Positions 1 to 9,002 of a stretch of DNA of 49,840 bases are shown piece by piece (within the stretch, counting starts at the first letter, position 1; each line of letters opens with the position of its first letter). The notes beneath the pieces are model-generated. The model was not told the DNA's origin, did no database searches, and was given only the letters and a program-made list of their open reading frames with translations. A program made the translations under genes and the position numbers. The DNA lies in the IMG/VR virus record IMGVR_UViG_3300023283_000126, positions 1 to 49,840 of that record. One strand, 5' to 3'. This DNA is from a virus (lineage: Duplodnaviria > Caudoviricetes).

Positions 1-130
1 TGGGGAGGAGATGGCTGATCTTGCCCCAGAAGCGGGCGCCGATCATGGAAGCCTCGTCGATGATGACGAGGCCGCGCACTGCCTCTTCCTTGGGCGAGAA
101 GATCCGCTTGAGTTCCTTGCGGCCGTGCTC
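1..130. repeat. Terminal direct repeat (circular assembly overlap), copy 1
   Basis: 1-130 matches 49711-49840 except position 4 (g vs t); a helicase ORF reads in frame across the join. Confidence 0.95.
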
Positions 131-400
131 GTCCTCCTCCTCGACCTCGGACGGCGTGGTGGTGAGGGCATGCAGGGTGGTCACTATGGCCGGGGCGCCG
201 GCGGCGGCCAGCTTCGACCGGAGCACTTGGGCGGCCTTGTTGGTCGGGGCGGCGACGGTGGCGGCGCCGTCGCCCATGCTGTCCATGTAGGCGCAACGCT
301 CGGCGATCACGGTGGTCTTGCCGGTGCCGGCGTAGCCTCCGATCCTCTTGCCCGCCTTCATCTGGGTGAAGGCCGCCCTCTGCTCGGCGGTCATGTCCAT
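1..400 (-). CDS. RecD/Dda-like SF1B helicase, N-terminal part (continues at 49710..48995; ~371 aa total)
   Basis: ATG at 400 after GGAGG RBS; encodes Walker A GYAGTGKTT; in frame with ORF 48995..49789 after circularisation. Confidence 0.88.
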   Translation of the reverse strand, partial: MDMTAEQRAAFTQMKAGKRIGGYAGTGKTTVIAERCAYMDSMGDGAATVAAPTNKAAQVLRSKLAAAGAPAIVTTLHALTTTPSEVEEEDEHGRKELKRIFSPKEEAVRGLVIIDEASMIGARFWGKISHLLP

Positions 401-466
401 GGCTTTCCTCCGGGTGGTTCTTGGTGTGGGGCCGGCAGGCTGTTGCAAACCCACCGGCCCCTGCCC

Positions 467-2191
467 TTATGCCTTGGCTTGCGGGTGCTGTCCACCCTTA
501 TATGCCCGGCGCCGGTACGCGGTCGTGATGATCGCGCGCTTGGCATTCGGGTAGGTCACGATGTGCGAGTGCGACCACGACGAGGGGCCCGAGTTGTACC
601 CCTGCTCGAGCCGGGCGGTGACGCCGGCGGTGTAGACCCCGTCGACGATGCCCGCGCTGTGCGTGTGCGCGGTGTTCGCCTTGCGGCCCATCTTGGCGAA
701 CTGCTTGGGGCTGCCGCGCGAGCCGTTGGGGCCGAGGTGGCCGTGCATCCCGCACTCGATGCCGCCTCCCTGCCCCTCGCAGATTACGAAGCTGTCCTGC
801 TCGTCGAGGAAGACGATCTGGTTCTCGCGCTCGTCGAGGTTGATCTTGAAGAGGTGCGCGCGGCGGGTGCCGGACATGAGGATGTCGTTCAGCGCCCATC
901 TCATGATGGAGAAGCCCTCGAGGCTGCGGTGCTTCTCGATGTAGTTGAACACCGCGAGCGAGGCCCGAAGGTAGTAGGTCGCGTTCGGAACGTCCTCGCG
1001 GTGGTCCGCCTCGCGCAGCCAGCGCATGAGGGCGTTGTCGTGGTTGCTGCCGACGACGATCACCTCATTGTCGTCGAGGAAGTTGCCGTGCATCTTCCGA
1101 ACGAAGCCGGCGATGGCCGCCATGGCATCGAAGACCTCGTCCTCGACGAGGCGGAACCCCTTGACGTGGCTCTCGAAGCGCCGGAACGGGTCGCGCCGGT
1201 CGTGGTGGTTGCGGGTGCGAAAGTCCAGGCTGTCGTGGAGGAAGACCCTGAACGGCCGGAGGTCGTCGACGATCTGCCGCGCCAGCATATACTCGGCCGC
1301 GTCCCTGTGAGCAGGGTGGAGGTCACCGACCGTGAGGGCTTCGGCGCGGACCCCGGTCTCGATGGTGCCGTCGGGGTCGAACCTCTTATCGAGGTCGTAG
1401 ATGACGCCGCCGGTGTCGGCGTTGAGTTGCCGCACGAACCACGTCCCGTCATGGTCGACCTCGACGAGGAGGCCGCCGTAGCCATGGTGGAAGTCGGCCT
1501 TCTGACCGGTCTTGCGCGGGACGTAGTTGCGCTGGGTCACGGTGCCGGTCGAGAAGAGCATCTTGGCCGGCTCGCCCCTCATCGTGGCGACGCTGCGGAG
1601 GCCGAACTTGGCGTGCGGAATGATGGTGCTGGCCTGCCCCGTCAGGCTGTCGAGCCCGCTGAACGGATCGCTGTCCGTGGGGATGATGTTTAGGTCGCCG
1701 CAGAACACGAGATCCGAAGTCAGGGACAGGCGATGATCGCAGAGGTATCCCTTGATGCGCCGGTCGAACCAAAGGCCCTCGAAGTCGCCCGCGCGGCGCT
1801 CGCCCTTGACCCTGCCGGCCTGCCGGTAGAAGCCCTTGTAGTAGGTGAACCTCGAGACCAGGATCTCGGCATCGTAGTGCCGGGCAACAGATTGCAGGGT
1901 CGCCCAGACGTCGTCGTGGATCTTGGTGTTGTTCTGCGCCGAGGTGATGATGAAGCGGCGGGTCTGGCCCGGCCTGGGCAGGTCGAGGTGCTCGTGACCG
2001 GTGCTGTGGACGCGGCCGGAGATGACGGGCTGCTCGGCCCCCGCCTCGGCCTCGGGCTTCGGCCGGCCGCCGCGACGCAGGGTGCGCTGTAGCTTGCCGA
2101 GCGAGATGTCGAGGCCGGCGGCGGCCTTGCGCTGCGAGCCGAACTTGGCGAGGCCGGCAACGACCTCCTCGTACGAAATGTCTCGTGACAT
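467..2191 (-). CDS. Calcineurin-like metallophosphoesterase/nuclease with N-terminal HTH (resembles T5 A1-type proteins)
   Basis: Motifs GDLH, GSNHD, MHGH, AHTH; N-terminal SQRKAAAGLDISLGKLQR HTH-like segment; A1 similarity is from recollection only. Confidence 0.7.
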   Translation of the reverse strand: MSRDISYEEVVAGLAKFGSQRKAAAGLDISLGKLQRTLRRGGRPKPEAEAGAEQPVISGRVHSTGHEHLDLPRPGQTRRFIITSAQNNTKIHDDVWATLQSVARHYDAEILVSRFTYYKGFYRQAGRVKGERRAGDFEGLWFDRRIKGYLCDHRLSLTSDLVFCGDLNIIPTDSDPFSGLDSLTGQASTIIPHAKFGLRSVATMRGEPAKMLFSTGTVTQRNYVPRKTGQKADFHHGYGGLLVEVDHDGTWFVRQLNADTGGVIYDLDKRFDPDGTIETGVRAEALTVGDLHPAHRDAAEYMLARQIVDDLRPFRVFLHDSLDFRTRNHHDRRDPFRRFESHVKGFRLVEDEVFDAMAAIAGFVRKMHGNFLDDNEVIVVGSNHDNALMRWLREADHREDVPNATYYLRASLAVFNYIEKHRSLEGFSIMRWALNDILMSGTRRAHLFKINLDERENQIVFLDEQDSFVICEGQGGGIECGMHGHLGPNGSRGSPKQFAKMGRKANTAHTHSAGIVDGVYTAGVTARLEQGYNSGPSSWSHSHIVTYPNAKRAIITTAYRRRAYKGGQHPQAKA

Positions 2192-2213
2192 GGGCTTCTC
2201 CTGCTCTGCGTGC

Positions 2214-2771
2214 TTAGGAATGGTGGTTGAGGTCGTTGGCGTTGAGATACCGTATGACGGTGCTCTTCTTCTCCGCCTTGGGGCGACCCCTGTCGATGGC
2301 GGCGGCCTTCATGTCCGTGCGGAGCTTCTTCGCGAACGCCCGGACCTCGGTATCGCACCAGCTCTCGCGGACGATAGAGAGGCGGCCGGAGCCGCGCCTC
2401 AGCTCGCGCCACAAGCCGACCTCGGCGGCCATGCCGGCGCTCAGGTCCCAGCCCGGCCAAGTCGAGAGTATAAACCAGGACGCGGCGGGAAGGAACTCGA
2501 AGTCCTGCCGCAACCAAAGCTGGGGATCGGTGCCGTTGCCCTCCTTCATAAGCTTGGACGGCGGGTGCGAGTGCGTGATCGGGCTGAAGACCGGCACATC
2601 CTCCTCGATCAGGATCGCGGTGAGGCGGTTGACCTCGTTGAAGGCTTCCTGAAGGATGTCGTCGGCCGGCCGGCGGTCGCCCCCGATGCGGAGCGCCTTG
2701 AGAAACCCCGTGTACGGGAACGCGAGATACGCGAAGCCGATGCCGGCATGATGGATCGTGGTAGGGGTCAT
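2214..2771 (-). CDS. DUF1937-like (nucleoside deoxyribosyltransferase-like fold) protein
   Basis: AYLAFPYT...PVFSPITHSH...W...D...GWDLSAGMAAE pattern; start at 2771 has a GAGGAGG RBS. Confidence 0.65.
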   Translation of the reverse strand: MTPTTIHHAGIGFAYLAFPYTGFLKALRIGGDRRPADDILQEAFNEVNRLTAILIEEDVPVFSPITHSHPPSKLMKEGNGTDPQLWLRQDFEFLPAASWFILSTWPGWDLSAGMAAEVGLWRELRRGSGRLSIVRESWCDTEVRAFAKKLRTDMKAAAIDRGRPKAEKKSTVIRYLNANDLNHHS

Positions 2772-2772
2772 G

Positions 2773-2982
2773 TTATTCCCTCCTCTTGAGGTCTCGCGGC
2801 CTCTCGCGCTTGCGGTCCTCTGCCGGGTCGCAGGAGAACACGAAGGCGTCGTCACCCCTCATGGACACGGCGATGGTGATTTCGTCGGCGGCCAGTTCGG
2901 ACGCGAGGTGCCTAAGCTTCTGGGCAACCTCGTCGGGGGCGCCCCGGATGTGGAACAGGGCTTGTTGATGGCGCCGGCTCAT
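2773..2982 (-). CDS. Small hypothetical protein
   Basis: MSRRHQQ start overlaps the stop of the upstream gene (ATGA coupling); fills the gap. Confidence 0.5.
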   Translation of the reverse strand: MSRRHQQALFHIRGAPDEVAQKLRHLASELAADEITIAVSMRGDDAFVFSCDPAEDRKRERPRDLKRRE

Positions 2983-3224
2983 ATGAGGGTCGCCGCGAAA
3001 ATGCCAGCCAGGAAGAGGAGGGCCGAGAGCGCGCTCCATCCGCTCTTCGGCCGTTTCGCCGTGGCGTCCTCGCCGTCCTTCACCTCAGACAAGAACGTCA
3101 AATCGGCGACCGCCGCAGCCACATACAGGGAGAGGGGCAGGGTCTCGCCGTTGTAGGCCGCGCACAGGATCAAAGCCGCCAAGATGACGATGAACTCTTT
3201 CTCCGATCTCTTTTTTTGGGCCAT
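2979..3224 (-). CDS. Small membrane protein
   Basis: Hydrophobic segments; GGAGG RBS; promoter upstream. Confidence 0.6.
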   Translation of the reverse strand: MAQKKRSEKEFIVILAALILCAAYNGETLPLSLYVAAAVADLTFLSEVKDGEDATAKRPKSGWSALSALLFLAGIFAATLI

Positions 3225-3256
3225 CGCTGTTCCTCCGGCTCGTTTGCGTTGCGGGA

Positions 3257-3285
3257 GTTATCGGCCAAACCGGCCGCGCTGTCAA
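3257..3285 (-). promoter_or_regulatory. Sigma70-type promoter
   Basis: TTGACA-17bp-GATAAC in an intergenic gap. Confidence 0.6.
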
Positions 3286-3310
3286 GGGTTTGATCGCAGG
3301 GCGGACCCTG

Positions 3311-3688
3311 CTAGTCATAGCTCGGCTCGCAGCCGGCGCGGACCATGCGGGGGAACATATGCCGAGGGTTGACGCAGTTCGCGAAAGGACAAAGCTGGTG
3401 CGCGACCCATTCATCATAGCGCAGGTCGTGGGGGATGTCGTAGAACATCTCCATGATGTACGACCGTACGCTCCTCGAGGTCCGCTTCCGGGTGTCGCCG
3501 ATGCGCACGGTCACGCTCATGACGGGGACGTAGCGCCCCGCGTGCATCTGGCCCTGCCAGAACCAATGGTCTTCCTCGGGATTGCCCCGTATGACCCTCG
3601 GCTCTATGAAGGCGAGCCAGTCTTCGGGGACCTCTTCGAGCGGGGTGGAACGGGATATGAGCGGCCGTCTAAGCCTAAACTGAGACAT
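3311..3688 (-). CDS. HNH/His-Cys-type endonuclease-like protein
   Basis: HWFWQG ... HQLCPFANCVNPRHM motif typical of phage HNH_3/Zn-loop nucleases. Confidence 0.6.
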   Translation of the reverse strand: MSQFRLRRPLISRSTPLEEVPEDWLAFIEPRVIRGNPEEDHWFWQGQMHAGRYVPVMSVTVRIGDTRKRTSRSVRSYIMEMFYDIPHDLRYDEWVAHQLCPFANCVNPRHMFPRMVRAGCEPSYD

Positions 3689-4230
3689 CTGCGCGGGTTC
3701 TCCTTCTCAAGTCTTACGGCTCCGGTCTCGAGGCCGGAGCCCTCGATGAAGCCGACCATCTCAAGGAACTCGGGCAGTCCGACATCGTCGAGTGGCAAAA
3801 GGAAGGGCTCGAGTTCCGGCCAGGACCAGCACCATCTACGGTAGATGGTCAGGAAGTCGCACAGGAGAAGGTAGGGTCGGTTCTCCGCATGCGGCCGGAA
3901 GAGTTGGTACGCGAGCAGCATGTGATCGGAGCCGTTCGCGATGTTCAGGGCCGTGAGCTTCTGCCCCTGCCGCAGGACATTGAGCAGGTTCTTGGTCGTC
4001 CCGTTCGGCATGGGAACTGACTTAAGCTCCATCCAGATCCCGCCCTCGATATAGAGGTCCGGCAAAGACGCGCGCCGCTTGTCCTCAATATCGAAGACGT
4101 TGATCCCGAGCTTCTTGAAGGCGTCCTTGAGCTTGCGGTTCAGCGCTGCCTCAGTGGAGGGTGCTGCCGACTTGATCTTCGCCTTGCTCTTCTTCCGGCC
4201 GATCCACACGTCCTTTTTGGTATAGTCCAT
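3604..4230 (-). CDS. PD-(D/E)xK nuclease (VRR-NUC/Holliday-junction resolvase-like)
   Basis: TEAAL...LPDLYIEGGIWMELK...LRQGQ pattern; replication-module context. Confidence 0.65.
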   Translation of the reverse strand: MDYTKKDVWIGRKKSKAKIKSAAPSTEAALNRKLKDAFKKLGINVFDIEDKRRASLPDLYIEGGIWMELKSVPMPNGTTKNLLNVLRQGQKLTALNIANGSDHMLLAYQLFRPHAENRPYLLLCDFLTIYRRWCWSWPELEPFLLPLDDVGLPEFLEMVGFIEGSGLETGAVRLEKENPRRCLSLGLDGRSYPVPPRSKRSPKTGSPS

Positions 4231-4732
4231 ACCACTTGTCTCCCATATAGCCCAAGAACTCGACCAGCTTGATGCCAGTATCGCACTCGGGGATCAAGCC
4301 GGGGGTCAGCCGGCCGTTTTCGTTGAAGAAGAGCGGCAGGACCACGGCCCGGCCGTAGATCCGCAGCCCCGAGAAGTAGAAGCTGGCCCCCGGCAGCGCG
4401 CCCCGGTGGTGGGCGTCGTAGCCCATAAGGAGGCCGGCGATGCCGCCGAGGTGCCGCGACTGGTCGCTCGAGAGGATGAACCGAGCCGACCGGAACTCGT
4501 GCCGCTCGGGCACGACGTCCCAGGGCCAGAGGGCGCGGAACAGGTGCCCCGGATGCCTGTCGTCCTGCGACGGCGCCCCGGCCATCGCGACGTGACCTCG
4601 AATGACCTCCAAGGCGCCCGGCTGCCGCACCTTGATCCTGATAAGCTGGATGTCGTGCTCCGGCCGGTACTGGCCATGGACGGGAGTGGCGCCCACCACG
4701 AGGTCGTCGGTGACGCCGGCGAAGGCGCTCAT
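4151..4732 (-). CDS. Hypothetical protein
   Basis: 193-aa ORF translationally coupled to the gapR-like gene. Confidence 0.55.
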   Translation of the reverse strand: MSAFAGVTDDLVVGATPVHGQYRPEHDIQLIRIKVRQPGALEVIRGHVAMAGAPSQDDRHPGHLFRALWPWDVVPERHEFRSARFILSSDQSRHLGGIAGLLMGYDAHHRGALPGASFYFSGLRIYGRAVVLPLFFNENGRLTPGLIPECDTGIKLVEFLGYMGDKWYGLYQKGRVDRPEEEQGEDQVGSTLH

Positions 4733-5019
4733 TCGGCCACCTTCAGGCCAGCCGCCTTGATGTAGAGGCGGTCGAGGGTCTCACGCTCGAGCCGGTCATC
4801 CTCGTCGGCCATCATGGCCTTGACGACGGCGTTCAGCGCCCTGGTGTCCAGGCCGTTGGCCTTGGCCTCGTCGCGCGCCGCCTTGATGAACTCGCGCGTG
4901 TCCTGGATCTCCTGGGTGTGCTTGACGATGGTCTCGGCGTACCGCTTCACAAGCTCCGCCGAATTGGAGCCCGGCCCATCGCTGGGCACAACCGTCTCTG
5001 GCCTCTCTTTCTTCGCCAT
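4729..5019 (-). CDS. gapR: GapR/DUF2312 (UPF0335)-like nucleoid-associated protein
   Basis: 96 aa; ELVKRYAETI...IK...EAKANGLDTRALNAVVK...ERETLDRLYIKAAG matches the DUF2312 pattern. Confidence 0.75.
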   Translation of the reverse strand: MAKKERPETVVPSDGPGSNSAELVKRYAETIVKHTQEIQDTREFIKAARDEAKANGLDTRALNAVVKAMMADEDDRLERETLDRLYIKAAGLKVAE

Positions 5020-5052
5020 GTCGGGATCTCCGCTTGTTTGTTGGTGAGCCCA

Positions 5053-5081
5053 GTCTTAGCGGGCCGCCGCCGGCCCGTCAA
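5053..5081 (-). promoter_or_regulatory. Sigma70-type promoter for the gapR-like gene
   Basis: TTGACG-17bp-TAAGAC. Confidence 0.55.
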
Positions 5082-5088
5082 GACTTTT

Positions 5089-7929
5089 TCATCGCCCCAG
5101 GCGCTTAAGTTTGTCGACCATCAGCCACTTCGGGCCATCGGAGCCGAGTATGTCGCCCCGTAGAAGCACGAACTCGCCGGTGGCGTCGGCCTCGAGCAGG
5201 GGCGAGCCCATGTCCTCGAACTTGAAGCGGTTGATGGTGCAGCCCATCTCGATGCCGTCATCCTCGAGGATCACGTTGAGGAATTTCGTGGGGCCGGACA
5301 CCTCCCGGCCGCCGCGCTTGGCCATGCGGTCGGGGTCGTTCTGGTCCTTGGGCATGAGCTTCTTGATCTTGGCCAGGGCGACGTAGCTCCCTTTGACGTG
5401 CGGCACATCCGCAATCCGGTACACGGGACCCCGGACGTTGTTCGCATCAGGGTTGTCGATGATGTGCCCGAACCTCTTGCCGATCTCGTCTATGTCGTGC
5501 CAGGGGGTGTTCCGGTCAGCGAGCAGCTTGGACTTCTGGCCCGGCTTGAGGTTGGCCTCGAAGCCCTCGGGGTCGCTCTCGCGCAGCGAAATCAGGGCCT
5601 CGGCCGTCTTGTAGCCGACCCCGCGCACGCCGACCATCCCGCCGTAGAGCACGCCGTCCTTGACCGTCCAATGGACCTCGCTCTTGTGCAGGTCGAACGG
5701 CACGAAGTCCACCCCTGCGGCCGTGACGTCGCGCAGGATCACCTTCGCCCGCTCGTCGTCCGAGCAATGCCGGAGGAGGCCCACGGCAAGCTCTGTGGGG
5801 TAGTACGCCTTGAGCCACGCGCATTGGTACGAGACCATGCTGTAAGCCACGCTGTGGGCCTTGTTGAAGGCGTAGGCGCCGAAGTCGCAGATGCTCTGCC
5901 ACATCTTCTGGGCCGCCTCGACGCCCAACTTCTCGGCCGCGCTGGCCACGAACTTCTCCTCGAAGGATTGCATGACCGCAGGGTCCTTTTTCTTCACCGA
6001 CTTGCGGACCTTGTTCACCTCGCCGTCGTCGAAGCCGCCAAACGCCTTGAGGATCTGCATCATCTGTTCCTCGTAGACGATGCAGCCATAGGTGTAGCTG
6101 GTGATGGGCTCGATCTCGGGGTGCTCGTAAGCCCACTCCTTGGCGCCCTGCCGCCGGCTGATATACTCCTGCGCGACCCCGCCCTGCAATGGGCCGGGCC
6201 GGGCGAGCGCGGTGAGGGCGGAGAGGTCCTCGAACCGCTCTGCCGGGCACGCCTTGTTGAGTTGCCGGACGGCGTGGCCCTCGAACTGGAAGATCCCGGT
6301 CAGAAGGTCCCGCTGGAACACCTCGAAGACCTTGGGGTCGTCGAGCGGAAGATCCTGTAGGGCGTAGGGGTCGACCCCGGCCATGGCGCAGGCGTCGTAG
6401 ATGACGGACAGCGTGGTCAGGCCGAGCGCGTCGAACTTGAGGAGTCCTATGCCTTCGGCGTCGTCCAGGGTCATGGCGATGACGCCGTCGCGCGTCACGC
6501 TGCCGTATTTCGTGACCGGCAGGGCGGAGACGCATACCCCGGCCGCGTGGACGCCGTGGTGCCGGGGGTTGCCCTCGATGCGCGCGGCGTTCCGCATGGC
6601 AGGGTAGTCGTCGAGCACCTTCCGGCCGCCGTCGGTGAGGCCGACGTTGAAGAGGGCCTTGAGCGGGACGCTGGCACCCTCGGCAAGCTCGCCGAGGATG
6701 TTGGCGGCCGACCACGGCGCCCCCGACGCCCGGCAGACGTCATTGATGGCGCTCTTGCCGCCGAACACGCTCACAGTGCCCAGGCGGGCGACGTGCTCGC
6801 GGCCGTACACCTCCCGGAGGCGGTCGAAGACAAGGTCGCGCAGGCTGTCCTGGAAGTCGACGTCGATGTCGGGCATGTTGTCGCGGGACGGGTCGATAAA
6901 CCGCTCGAAGAGAGTGTCGTGCTTGAGCGGGTCGACGTTGGTGATGCCCAGGAGATACGAGACGAGGCAACCGCCGGCCGAGCCCCGGCCGGGGCCGACC
7001 AGCATCCTCTTCTTCGCCCACTGGACGATGTCGGCAACGAACCAGAAGTAGCTCTCGAAGCCCTTGTCGCGGATCACGGAAAGCTCACGCTCGAGCCGCG
7101 CCTCGTACTCGTCGGTCCACTCGCCGACGCGGTCGATCCGGGCGCGGCACTCGCCCTCGAGGTCGAAGGTGCCGGGCGCGCCGATGTTCTCGGCTTCCGG
7201 GATGCGAACGCCCTCCATCCCCTTCATAATCGCCTCGGCCTCGGCCGCGACCTCATCGAAGCGGCTCTCGTCGTACCCTGCCATGCGGAACGCGCGTCGC
7301 ATTTCGCGGGGCTTGACCAGCGCGGCCGGCGCCATCTCATGCTCGCCGATCCTCTGCGTCGAACTGATCCGGCGCAGCGTGTCCAGGGCTTCGTGGTCCG
7401 AGGGGTGCGGCATGTTCGGCGAGGTCGCCAGGACGCCGGGAAGCTGGCCATCCCACGCGATCTTGGACAGGTAGCGGTCCTCGGGGGACATGGCGACCGT
7501 AAAGCCGCGCTCGACGGCGTACTCGACGTTGCCAAGGTCGGCGCGGTAGACGACGCCGAACAAGTGCTCGTAGTGGTCGTAGACCTCGCGGTAGGTGATG
7601 CGCGGCCTATAGTACATATGCTCCTCGTCGCCGGCGCGCGAGACAAGCTCGTAGAGCACGGACAGCCCGTGCTGCGTCTTCGCGAAGATCCCGATCAGGT
7701 CGTGGGCAGGGTTCTTGCTAAGGTTGCGGACGGCCGGCAGCTTGACGCCGAAGACCGGCAAGACGCCATGCTCCTCGCACGCCTTCTGGAACGGAGCGTG
7801 GCCCCAGGTCGAGCAATAGTCGGCGATGCCCAGCCGGCCGAGGCCGAGCGCCCTGGCGCGCTTGACCACGTCGTCGGGCTTGCCAAAGGCCCGCATGAAC
7901 GAGAAGCCGGTCTGGGCGTCGAGGATCAT
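5089..7929 (-). CDS. dnaE: DNA polymerase III alpha subunit (family C)
   Basis: PHP N-terminus, VGPGRGSAGG, FERFIDPSR, MPDIDVDF, HAAG, KFDALGL, YAFNKAHSVAY, C-terminal OB fold. Confidence 0.97.
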   Translation of the reverse strand: MILDAQTGFSFMRAFGKPDDVVKRARALGLGRLGIADYCSTWGHAPFQKACEEHGVLPVFGVKLPAVRNLSKNPAHDLIGIFAKTQHGLSVLYELVSRAGDEEHMYYRPRITYREVYDHYEHLFGVVYRADLGNVEYAVERGFTVAMSPEDRYLSKIAWDGQLPGVLATSPNMPHPSDHEALDTLRRISSTQRIGEHEMAPAALVKPREMRRAFRMAGYDESRFDEVAAEAEAIMKGMEGVRIPEAENIGAPGTFDLEGECRARIDRVGEWTDEYEARLERELSVIRDKGFESYFWFVADIVQWAKKRMLVGPGRGSAGGCLVSYLLGITNVDPLKHDTLFERFIDPSRDNMPDIDVDFQDSLRDLVFDRLREVYGREHVARLGTVSVFGGKSAINDVCRASGAPWSAANILGELAEGASVPLKALFNVGLTDGGRKVLDDYPAMRNAARIEGNPRHHGVHAAGVCVSALPVTKYGSVTRDGVIAMTLDDAEGIGLLKFDALGLTTLSVIYDACAMAGVDPYALQDLPLDDPKVFEVFQRDLLTGIFQFEGHAVRQLNKACPAERFEDLSALTALARPGPLQGGVAQEYISRRQGAKEWAYEHPEIEPITSYTYGCIVYEEQMMQILKAFGGFDDGEVNKVRKSVKKKDPAVMQSFEEKFVASAAEKLGVEAAQKMWQSICDFGAYAFNKAHSVAYSMVSYQCAWLKAYYPTELAVGLLRHCSDDERAKVILRDVTAAGVDFVPFDLHKSEVHWTVKDGVLYGGMVGVRGVGYKTAEALISLRESDPEGFEANLKPGQKSKLLADRNTPWHDIDEIGKRFGHIIDNPDANNVRGPVYRIADVPHVKGSYVALAKIKKLMPKDQNDPDRMAKRGGREVSGPTKFLNVILEDDGIEMGCTINRFKFEDMGSPLLEADATGEFVLLRGDILGSDGPKWLMVDKLKRLGR

Positions 7930-7932
7930 GGG

Positions 7933-8490
7933 TCAGCCCCCCTTCTTGATGGCGCGAAGGATGTTCCAGGTCGCCGCGATGTCGGCACCGGCCGAGTGCC
8001 AGTCCGAGATGCCGGCGCCGCAAATCGCCCTATGCGCCTCCTCGAGGGTCGGGCGCTTGACGCCGCGCTTGCCCTCGATGTCCGGTATCCGGTCTTGGGC
8101 GAGCATCATGACGTCGACGCTGCGGGGCGGCCAGGGGAAACTGGTGTCGATCCCGTGGGCGCGGAGGTGGTGCTGAAGGACCGGCACGTCGAAGGCGTGA
8201 CCGTTGTAGTGGACGAGGTGCCGGCATCCGACCATCATCTCTGCCATGTCGACCGCCACCTCGCCGAACGAAGGCGAGGACGCGACGTCTTCCGGCCTGA
8301 TCCCGTGGACCTTGATCGCCCCCTCTTCCCAGTCCTCGGCCGGCATCTCGGGGTCGACCTTGGTGACGATCTGGCTGATGGGCTGGTCCTTGAGAAGGTC
8401 GTCGAACACCGCGAAGGCGACCTCGACGATGCCGGGCGGCCGGGCCGGCGCGTACCGGCCCGTCGTCTCGAGGTCGAAGACGGCCCACAT
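7933..8490 (-). CDS. dnaQ: DnaQ-like DEDDh 3'-5' exonuclease
   Basis: FDLETTG, HYNGHAFD, HSAGADI motifs; true start MWAVF at 8490 (TGATG overlap). Confidence 0.9.
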   Translation of the reverse strand: MWAVFDLETTGRYAPARPPGIVEVAFAVFDDLLKDQPISQIVTKVDPEMPAEDWEEGAIKVHGIRPEDVASSPSFGEVAVDMAEMMVGCRHLVHYNGHAFDVPVLQHHLRAHGIDTSFPWPPRSVDVMMLAQDRIPDIEGKRGVKRPTLEEAHRAICGAGISDWHSAGADIAATWNILRAIKKGG

Positions 8491-8999
8491 CAATCGTGCT
8501 CCGAGTGCGGCGAATACTCGCGCTCGTTCAGGCCGATCGTGTCCTTGATGGTGAAGTGCTGCGGGTCCTTGCCCGCGTGCAATTCCCGGAGCCTGATGAC
8601 TTCGCGCGAGGCCCAGAGCATGAGCCCCTCGACCGACGAAAAGTCCATGGGGCCGTCGCCGTCCATGGGTGAAATCGCGGGCGCCCGGTCGTCGTTCAAC
8701 ATCCCGCGAACGGAGGCGTCGGCGACGATGGAGGCGCAGGCCAGGATGTGGCACAGGTGCGGGAGCCCGCTGTCGGGGTCGAGCCACTCGCCTTCCTGCA
8801 TCCGGGAGGCGTGCCGCTTGAGGGCGCCGATGTAGGTGCTCAGGGAAACGCCCATGAGGTCGAAATTGCGCTGGCCATACTTGAGTAGGCCGTCGAGATG
8901 TCCGAGCGCGAGGAAGACCTCGGTCGAGAGCGGGTTCTGGTGCAGCGGCACCTTGCTGTCGCCGACGGCCTGCTTGGGATTGGTCGCCTTTGTGGTCAT
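8490..8999 (-). CDS. DUF5664-type dATP/dGTP diphosphohydrolase
   Basis: NPKQAVGDSKVPL...GLLKYGQRN...GEWLDPDSGLPHLCH pattern. Confidence 0.8.
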   Translation of the reverse strand: MTTKATNPKQAVGDSKVPLHQNPLSTEVFLALGHLDGLLKYGQRNFDLMGVSLSTYIGALKRHASRMQEGEWLDPDSGLPHLCHILACASIVADASVRGMLNDDRAPAISPMDGDGPMDFSSVEGLMLWASREVIRLRELHAGKDPQHFTIKDTIGLNEREYSPHSEHD

Positions 9000-9002
9000 G
9001 GT

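Noticed and set aside
11-8835. Long plus-strand ORFs (e.g. 11..1693, 6547..8835 and similar ones genome-wide)
   Set aside because: Antisense shadows of GC-rich minus-strand genes; no motifs or RBS, and they overlap well-supported genes
8490-8999. Z-genome (2-aminoadenine) pathway
   Set aside because: No PurZ/PurA-like ORF recognised anywhere in the genome
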